Both the position numbers and the translations under genes were made by a program. Positions 37,380-45,581 of a stretch of 45,581 nucleotides of DNA are shown in pieces; position 1 is the stretch's first letter; every line of letters starts with the position of its first letter. The DNA lies in the NCBI GenBank assembly GCA_013265495.1, contig MU057936.1, forward strand, positions 385,195 through 430,775, in the 5' to 3' direction. The stretch comes from Vicugna vicugna (taxonomy: Eukaryota). The notes below the pieces were generated by a model. That model saw only the letters and a list, made by a program, of their open reading frames with translations, searched no databases and was not told where the DNA came from.

Positions 37380-37472
37380 GTACAAAAGTAGATACCAACC
37401 ACCTTTTTTTAAAATACAGTTAACTTACAAAGAAAAAGACAAAGCCTCTAAAGGTTAAAAAATAAAACACAA

Positions 37473-38277
37473 TTTTTTATTGAAGTATAGTTGATTTACA
37501 ATGCTGTGTTAATTTCTAGTATATAGCACAGTGATTCAGTTATATATATATATATATATACACACATATTCCTTTCCATATTCTTTTTCATTATAGGCTA
37601 TTACAGGTATTGAATATAATTCTCTGTGCTATACAGCAGAAACTTGTTCTTTATCTATTTTGTATATAGTCGTTAGTATCTGCAAATCTTGAATTCCCAA
37701 TTTATCCCTCTATTCCCTTTCTCATCTGGTAACCATAAGTTTGTTTTCTATCTCTGTGATTCTGTTTCTGTTTTGTGGGTAAGTTCATTTGTATCATTTT
37801 TTAGATTCCACATATAAGTGATATCATATGGTATTTTTCTTTCTCTTTCTGGATTACTTCACTTAGTATAACAATCTCGAGGTCCATCCATGTGCCTGCA
37901 AATGGCATTATTTTATTCTTTTTTATGGCCGAGTAGTATTCCATTGTGTGTATATACCACAACTTCTTTACCCAATCATCCGTTGATGGACATTTAGTTT
38001 GTTTCCATGTCTTGGCTATTGTAAATAGTGCTGCTATGAACATTGAGGTGCATGTATCTTTTTGAATTAGAGTTCCCTCCAGATATATGCCTGGGAGTGG
38101 GAGTGCCAGGTCATATGGTAAGTCTAATTTTAGTGTTTTAAGGAATCTCCATACTGTTTTCCATAATGGCTTCACCAAACTACATTCCCACCAACAGTGT
38201 AGGAGGGTTCCCTTTTCTCCACACCCTCTCTGGAATTTATTGTTTATGGACTTTTTAATGATGGCCATTCTGATCAG
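37473..38277 (-). mobile_element. 5'-truncated L1 (ORF2 C-terminus and 3' UTR)
   Basis: ORF 37801-38358 encodes L1 ORF2 motifs ([41 protein letters not shown]); degenerate TSD taaaa(c/t)a(c/t)aatttt. Confidence 0.95.
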
Positions 38278-38705
38278 TAAAATATAATTTTTAATGTAAA
38301 GAATATTTAAAAATATTTTAGATGGCAAACAAGGCTCACTAGCTCTGATGAAGGCCAAATATGTAATGTTTTTCTACAACAGGTATATATCACACTGGTA
38401 ATCCGTTCAGATTTACAGAATACTCATTTTGCACAGAATTTGATAATGAAAAAAACCTCAAGTGAATTTCAGTGCAGTTTATTCATTTAAATTACTGTGA
38501 CCACATTTATTGTGCCTATTAATGTTGAAAGCCTTTTATAGCCTGGTACATCAAAATATAATATAAAACTTAGGAAGACTGAAAACAGAAGATGATGATT
38601 TTCCTTTTTCCAGAATTCTATAGAAGCGAAAATCAAAACCACTCACTGAAAGGAATGTTCAGGAGGAAACAATGTCCCTGTCTGAAGATGTTCAGTGTTT
38701 GGTGT

Positions 38706-39035
38706 TGTTAAGAGACAAACAGAGGAATATTAAAAATTTTCTGAGGTCATCTGAGCAAAAACTGATTCCAACAGAGCAGTGCCAAACCGGAAGTGGTTAG
38801 GAGCACTCTGCCAACAGAAGCCAGGGGAAGGATTATATAGAGAAAGTGCAGACGTGAAGAAACGAAATTCTTTGATGGGCTATAGCTTAAACCCTAATTG
38901 ACTTGCTGTGATTGGTTGTCCTTAGGTTTCAATTTCATAACCTTGAGGCATTTGCAGGCTTAGATTTAAGTTTACTTACATAGTGACATTAGAGCCACCT
39001 CAGCCTAATGGCCTCCTCGTTTAATTAGTTTAACT
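38706..39035. mobile_element. ERV LTR-like element
   Basis: tgttaagagac...aaccggaagtggttaggagc...tgattggttgtcc...gtttaac. Confidence 0.5.
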
Positions 39036-40283
39036 GCCCAGGCTAGTACTTCTCTGGCTAGGGTCCTACACTGATAGGCAGGAGCAACACCAGCGTGACA
39101 ACCAAGTCTGCTTAGAAACACATCTCTAGGACTTCTTCTCTTTGAGCCTTTGTTTCTGCTTATGAGGTAGTGATGTTATGATTAAGAAGCCTAACTTCTG
39201 GTTTAACCTCACACTCAGAGAGAATGCCAACAGAACAATAAGGAAAACTCAATGATGTCTGGAAAACTTGCAATCACAACCAGAATTGTCCCTGTGGCCT
39301 CTGCAGGACTAGGAAATCTTTCCCTTTGTTGTGATCAAAGTCATGGTGAGTGCAGACTTGTGTTTCTAGAATAACTAGGAAGCTACCTGAGCCAGGAATC
39401 TACAAGGCCAACATGAAACACTTTGTTAACTATGTTAAATAACTATGCAGCCCTGTAAAATCACCAGACTTGTTCACAGTCAGAAGAAGAAGAAGATACC
39501 TTTGGCTGCCAAAACAAACACCACAGCACAAGTTTTCAGTGTTTACACAAAAATCTATGATGGCATCATGGTCCAAAAGGTTTTGTTTTTGTTTTTAACA
39601 GCCTGAAGATTAAAGTACCATATGATTCACTGCACAATGTAGCAAGCAAGCACTCTCCACCCCATGACTGTGATTAGGTACATGGAGCAAAGATCACAGA
39701 TACCGAGAACAGAGGACTTCTGATTCGGAGGAGGCAGAGCAGTGTGAGCTGTGGACCAAGAAACCCTGGCTTAGGGCACTGGGAGATACACGACAAGTGA
39801 GACGGAAGTCAAAGACAGACGGGTTTCTTCTGACTCATCAAAGTTTGGCTCCTTAGCCAACTCAGGAAGATGACATCCTCTCCAGTTTTCTCCACGTCCG
39901 GTTTCCTTCCTACACTTGGCTCCCTGGCCTTGAATGTAAGCAAGTATTTTTTTTTTTGGTTTCAATAAAATTTCTTTCTCAGTTTACAGATGTTCACAAG
40001 TGAATTAACACTGAAATTTATGTGCTAAATTGTCAGTTTTTCTATAGTTTTTCATGTTACGACTATATAAAATGAGTTCCCCCAATAATGTTAGCATCAG
40101 AGATTCAGTGCACCTGGTGATAATGCACTTATTAAAAATAGTAAAGGATATATGAGCCTCAAATTACTAACAAACTTTTGATTTGTGCCTAATTAGTTTT
40201 CTGTCTTGGGGATATGATGATGTTTGGTTTGAATGTTAGTTGTGAGGAGAGAGAAGATTTCTATTGCTGAAAATACATGGAGA

Positions 40284-40960
40284 CATAGCACAGGGAACTA
40301 TATTCAATATCTTGTAATATGGTGAAAAAGAATATGAAAATGAATATATGTATATTCATGTCTGACTGAAGCATTATGCTATACATCAGAAATTAACACA
40401 ACACTGTAAACTGACTATACTTCAATAAAAAATATATATATAAAAAAAAGTGACTGACCTTCACAATAAGAAGCCATGGTATAATTATACAATGAAATAC
40501 TACTCAGTCATAAATAAAGAACAAAATAATGCCACTTGCAGCAACATGGATGAATCTGGAGATTATCATTCTAAGTGAAGTAAGCCAGAAAGAGAAAGAA
40601 AAGTACCATATATCACTAATCTATGGAATCCAGAAAAGAAAAAAGACACTAATGAACTTATCCACAAAACAGAAATAGACTCACAGACATAGAAAACAAA
40701 TTTATGGTTACCAGGGGGAAAGGAGGTGGTAAGGGGTAAATTGGGAGTTTGGGATTTGCAAATATTAAATACTATGTAGAAAAAAGATAAACAAGTTTCT
40801 ACTGTATAGCACAGAGAATTATATTCGATATCTTGTAGTAACCTACAATGAAAAAGAATATGAAAATAAATATATGTATATGTATGATTGAAACATTATG
40901 CTGTACACCAGAAATTGACACAACATTGTAAACTGACTACACTGCAATGAAAGAGAGAAA
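40284..40960 (+). mobile_element. Two tandem L1 3' ends (40284-40450 and ~40470-40960)
   Basis: Duplicate atagcacag(g/a)gaa(c/t)tatattc...aactgacta ends; outer near-TSD gaaaata(c/t)atg(g/a)aga. Confidence 0.9.
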
Positions 40961-41438
40961 GAAAATATATGAAGAAATGTGAGAACTGTTGTGTTTGAGA
41001 ATACTAGAAATATTAGAATTGAAGATGAAAATGCAATGCTAGTTGAAAAACATAAGTTACTTTCTTCTGGAAAAATAAAATAAAAGTGACAAGGTCTAAT
41101 TTAAAGCTGAGAGGCAGTAACATTCTAGGCAGCATCCAGACACCAGCTTTCTTGTTTATAAGTAATCAATGTCACCCTACAGAATGGCTGACAGGGAACC
41201 CTGGATGAGCTTCAACATTACCTGTGGAATGTTTCACATAGGACTTTTCTCCTTTTTCACAAGTGATATCCTACTCTTCAACTGCATGAATAATGATCTA
41301 TGGTATCAACCTAAATTAGATGAAAAATTTTCCTAAAAAGTACTGTATGTATTTAAGAATTTATTAAAATTGAGTTATTAAAATGGAGTTTTCTAAACAA
41401 TAATTTCCTTTATAGTCTGGTAGGATAATAAAAATAAA

Positions 41439-41633
41439 GGGGAGGGTAGAGCTCAGGGGCAGAGCACATCCTCAGCATGCAAGAGGTCATGGGTTCAATC
41501 CCCAGTACCCCCAATTAAATAAAGAAATAAATAAGTAAATAAGTAAGTAAGTAAATAAATAAATAAACAAACCTAATTACCTCTCCCCCCAAAAACAAAA
41601 CAAAAAACCCAAAACAAAAATAAATAACAAAAA
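41439..41633 (+). mobile_element. Camelid-type tRNA-derived SINE (long form)
   Basis: ggggagggtagagctcag...gggttcaatccccagtacc, (taaa)n, aacctaattacctctcccccc, A-rich tail. Confidence 0.9.
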
Positions 41634-42784
41634 ATACTATGAAATCTAACCTTCACCAAAGCCATCAAGGAAGTCAGTAAGTGATTACAAACACCACAGC
41701 TCTGAAATACAGAATGTAGGGAATTTAAAGCTTCTTCTGTCTGGCAAATCATCCAGTATACTTCTTGTGCCTCAATATATTCCAAACAGTTAGCTGGAGT
41801 TCTACTAAGTCCTAGGACCCATGTGAAAAAATAGATGTTTTCTTATTAAAGAAAGGAGAAGATACTTTTTATGTCAACTGAAATAAAATTAAGTTGGGTA
41901 TGGATACAAAAACAATCAAAAAGAAGAAAACCCCTATGAGAGCTCAATCCAGTCTCTTAATATTACCAAGATGAAGAAAGATATTTTACTTATTTTCCTT
42001 TTCTAAATAAGCACTTTAAAGAACAGGTAGCACACCATACCCTAGCTATGCTATTAAGTCTGCACATCTTCATGGTTTTTACTGTGGTTTTCCTGGGCTT
42101 ATTTTTATTGGGATAAAGCTTGTGGACTCCCACACTAGAACATGAATGAAAATAGTACCCTTGAGATCTATGTTAAAATTAATTTGAATGAGGCATTTCA
42201 AAATAAAAATCTATAGGATTATCTTTGGAAAATGTAAAAGATAACATTTCTGATATACACACATATACACAAATAACAATTTACATAGGTTTATGTTGAT
42301 AAAACCTCAAATAAAGATTGTAAAATAAAAGGGTTTTTTTTGGGGAAAAAAAAACTTTCATTGCTCCTAAACTGCATATGCCACATGATGATTAAAATAG
42401 CAATTATGGATTTTTTTAAAGAGACATAGGTAAATAGATAGATAGATAAATAGGTAGATTCTTATCAATAAAATCACTGCCATACAAACGTGAAAATAAA
42501 ATACAAAATGAAATATTCTTAATGTTAAGAAAACCTAAAAATGTCTCTTTTTTTAATGTCTAAATTGAAGGGGAATAAAACCTACCTGTTAGGAAATTTC
42601 ATTTGAAAACTCTTGGAAACTAATAAATTACTGGCAGAAATGCTGATTATCCTTTCTGTTGTCACTTGTAACAGACTCAATAAATTTCTTTAGCAAAGGA
42701 ATAATGGCTAAACTAATAATGTACAGGTTAGTCATCACATATTACAACCAAGGGTGACTTTGTGAAAATAACAGGTCTTAGAGT

Positions 42785-43405
42785 ACAACAGTATGGAGGT
42801 TCCTCAAAAAACAAAAAATAGAACGACAATATGACCGAGCAATTCCACTTCTGGGAATATAGTCAAAGAAAACAGATGAATGGCAGAAAGGCCACACATA
42901 CACAATGGAATATTATTCAGCCATAAAAAGATGAAATTTTGCCATTTGCAACAACACGGATGGCCTTGGAGGGAATCATGCTTCATGAAATAAGTCAGAC
43001 AGAGAAAGACAAACATTGCATTTTATCACGTATATGTAGAATCTAAAAAATAAAACAAAGGAATGAATATAGCAAAGCAGAGACAGATTTACAGATTTAG
43101 AGAACAAACTAGTGGTTAACAGATTCCACTAGTAGGGAAAGAGAGGGAAAAGGAGACGGAAGGGGAAAGGGAAAGGAGCAGGGGCAAGATAGGGATACGG
43201 AACTAAGAGGTACAAACTACTATGTATAAAATAAATAAGCTACAAGGATATATTGTACAGCACAGGGAATATGGCCAATATTTTATGATAACTTTAAATG
43301 CAGTATAATCCATAAAAATATTAAATCATTATGTTGTACACCTGAAACTAACATAGCATTGTAAATCAACTATACCTCAATTTTTTTTAATGAATAAAAA
43401 TAAAA
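42785..43405 (+). mobile_element. L1 3' portion (L1MA-like) with internal deletion
   Basis: cagtatggaggttcctcaaaaa...aattccacttctggg...tgccatttgcaacaac...tgttgtacacctgaaactaa. Confidence 0.9.
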
Positions 43406-43616
43406 CAATGCACCTGCAGTAGAAAGCCAAGCACTCTCAAAGCTCAAAGAGAGTCAGTGAAATCAAAGCACTGCAGAAGGTTCTGGGTGGGCTGTGAGAT
43501 TGAAGAGCTACTCTCTGAACAACAGTTCTGTTTGCTGCTACCGTGCTCTGACCCTATCCCAATCTTTCTTACACTGGACAAAGCACAGTGGCATTTGATC
43601 TGCTTTAATCTCCCCA

Positions 43617-43916
43617 NNNNNNNNNNNNNNNNNNNNNNNNNNNNNNNNNNNNNNNNNNNNNNNNNNNNNNNNNNNNNNNNNNNNNNNNNNNNNNNNNNNN
43701 NNNNNNNNNNNNNNNNNNNNNNNNNNNNNNNNNNNNNNNNNNNNNNNNNNNNNNNNNNNNNNNNNNNNNNNNNNNNNNNNNNNNNNNNNNNNNNNNNNNN
43801 NNNNNNNNNNNNNNNNNNNNNNNNNNNNNNNNNNNNNNNNNNNNNNNNNNNNNNNNNNNNNNNNNNNNNNNNNNNNNNNNNNNNNNNNNNNNNNNNNNNN
43901 NNNNNNNNNNNNNNNN
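43617..43916. other. Assembly gap (300 N)
   Basis: Run of n. Confidence 1.
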
Positions 43917-44044
43917 ACTAGGCTGATGAGTCCTTTACTCCCAAATATGAATGGACAAATGTTTGCCAGATATTTGAGGAAAGTGGAAGAGAAGATCATG
44001 ATGAACAAACAGAACTATTTCTGGAGAAAAAAATAAAATAAATA

Positions 44045-44717
44045 NNNNNNNNNNNNNNNNNNNNNNNNNNNNNNNNNNNNNNNNNNNNNNNNNNNNNNNN
44101 NNNNNNNNNNNNNNNNNNNNNNNNNNNNNNNNNNNNNNNNNNNNNNNNNNNNNNNNNNNNNNNNNNNNNNNNNNNNNNNNNNNNNNNNNNNNNNNNNNNN
44201 NNNNNNNNNNNNNNNNNNNNNNNNNNNNNNNNNNNNNNNNNNNNNNNNNNNNNNNNNNNNNNNNNNNNNNNNNNNNNNNNNNNNNNNNNNNNNNNNNNNN
44301 NNNNNNNNNNNNNNNNNNNNNNNNNNNNNNNNNNNNNNNNNNNNNNNNNNNNNNNNNNNNNNNNNNNNNNNNNNNNNNNNNNNNNNNNNNNNNNNNNNNN
44401 NNNNNNNNNNNNNNNNNNNNNNNNNNNNNNNNNNNNNNNNNNNNNNNNNNNNNNNNNNNNNNNNNNNNNNNNNNNNNNNNNNNNNNNNNNNNNNNNNNNN
44501 NNNNNNNNNNNNNNNNNNNNNNNNNNNNNNNNNNNNNNNNNNNNNNNNNNNNNNNNNNNNNNNNNNNNNNNNNNNNNNNNNNNNNNNNNNNNNNNNNNNN
44601 NNNNNNNNNNNNNNNNNNNNNNNNNNNNNNNNNNNNNNNNNNNNNNNNNNNNNNNNNNNNNNNNNNNNNNNNNNNNNNNNNNNNNNNNNNNNNNNNNNNN
44701 NNNNNNNNNNNNNNNNN
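44045..44717. other. Assembly gap (673 N)
   Basis: Run of n. Confidence 1.
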
Positions 44718-45099
44718 CCTGAGATCTGGGCACAGGCAATGCATTCTGATCTGGACCAAGTTGGGACAGCGCCACCCCAGCCCCGCAGTGAAGGCCATGC
44801 CAGCAGGCCCCACCATAGAGATCCAGACAACCACACCAGCCAGCAAGAATGGACATTCCAACATCACCAGCCAAAGCCCAGAATCTCAGTGCGGCGAACA
44901 AGGCGACAACTGCGAGCCAGTGGGTCGGGACTTGAGGGCGACTGCAAAGGAAGAGTTTTAAGAAACAGAGCGGGGCCTTCTCACTGACCCTTGCCTACCA
45001 CATAGGCTTCCAGCCTTTCTGCCTCTGCTCCCTCCATTCCTCTTTCCCCCTCACGCCTGTCCAAAACAAATGTGTCGCTCAACTTGGAACTATTCAACA

Positions 45100-45360
45100 A
45101 GAAAATGAATTCCATCTTTACCAAAACACCTTCTCCGAGCCCCCAGCCCTTCACTGATCTTGCTTTACCCAGGTCTTAAGCAATTGTGGTCAGTGTTATG
45201 GTAATCGCTAATTGTAATGCTTGTATAAGTGTGCATTAGTTGTGTCTTCCACCTAGACTATAAGCTCTTGGAAAACAGGGATCGCCTCAACAAAAAATTA
45301 AAAAAGTACCTCCCCCATCTCGCACAGTGTCCTAGTCCTGCCAGGCACTAGAGATGCACC
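45100..45360 (-). mobile_element. L2 3' fragment
   Basis: tgtcttccacctagactataagctcttggaaaacaggga...cacagtgtcct. Confidence 0.6.
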
Positions 45361-45362
45361 CG

Positions 45363-45443
45363 AAATAATAGTAATAATGAAAATAATAGTAATAATGAAA
45401 ATAATAATGAAAATAGCAATAATAATAAGAAATAAAATAAAAT
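45363..45443. repeat. (AAT)n-rich simple repeat
   Basis: aaataatagtaataatga repeated. Confidence 0.9.
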
Positions 45444-45581
45444 GTAATAGATGACAGCTGCTCAGCTCAAGTCTCTGCGCCTCACCCAGACTTTGATGGA
45501 ACCTGGGACACAGGGCTCTATGCTATGCCCTCCTTTCCCCATTACCGCCCCAACCCCACCCAGTGTAACAGAACTGGAACC

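Noticed and set aside
31200..38358. ORFs 31200-31469 and 37801-38358 as host genes
   Set aside because: Both are L1 ORF2 fragments.
43457..44901. Long ORFs of 154-310 aa
   Set aside because: Artefacts of translating through N gaps.
1..45581. Prokaryotic-type systems (CRISPR arrays, operons, defence islands)
   Set aside because: The sequence is mammalian; there is no regularly spaced repeat-spacer array and no dense coding region.

Overview
AT-rich, repeat-dense mammalian genomic DNA. It is most likely camelid (alpaca/camel), inferred from four copies of a camelid-type tRNA-derived SINE and a Tigger1a_Art-like element. Much of the window is interspersed repeat: L1 3' ends and fragments, L2, MIR, CR1/L3, MaLR/ERV solo LTRs and hAT/Tigger relics. 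There are two assembly gaps near the right end. I recognise no intact known protein-coding gene. The unique sequence holds a series of minus-strand, CpG-retaining segments with splice signals, running from a small CpG-rich promoter-like region at ~35.2-35.5 kb down to ~0.8 kb. Every joined reading frame contains stops, so this looks like a decayed multi-exon gene or a spliced lncRNA whose identity I could not establish. The most striking structure is an 82-bp, 80/82-identical inverted repeat in apparently unique DNA (2993-3074 / 4715-4796). It brackets one candidate exon whose donor position reads ATAAGT instead of GTAAGT. Repeat family names come from recalled consensus motifs, not a search, and boundaries are approximate unless a TSD is quoted.
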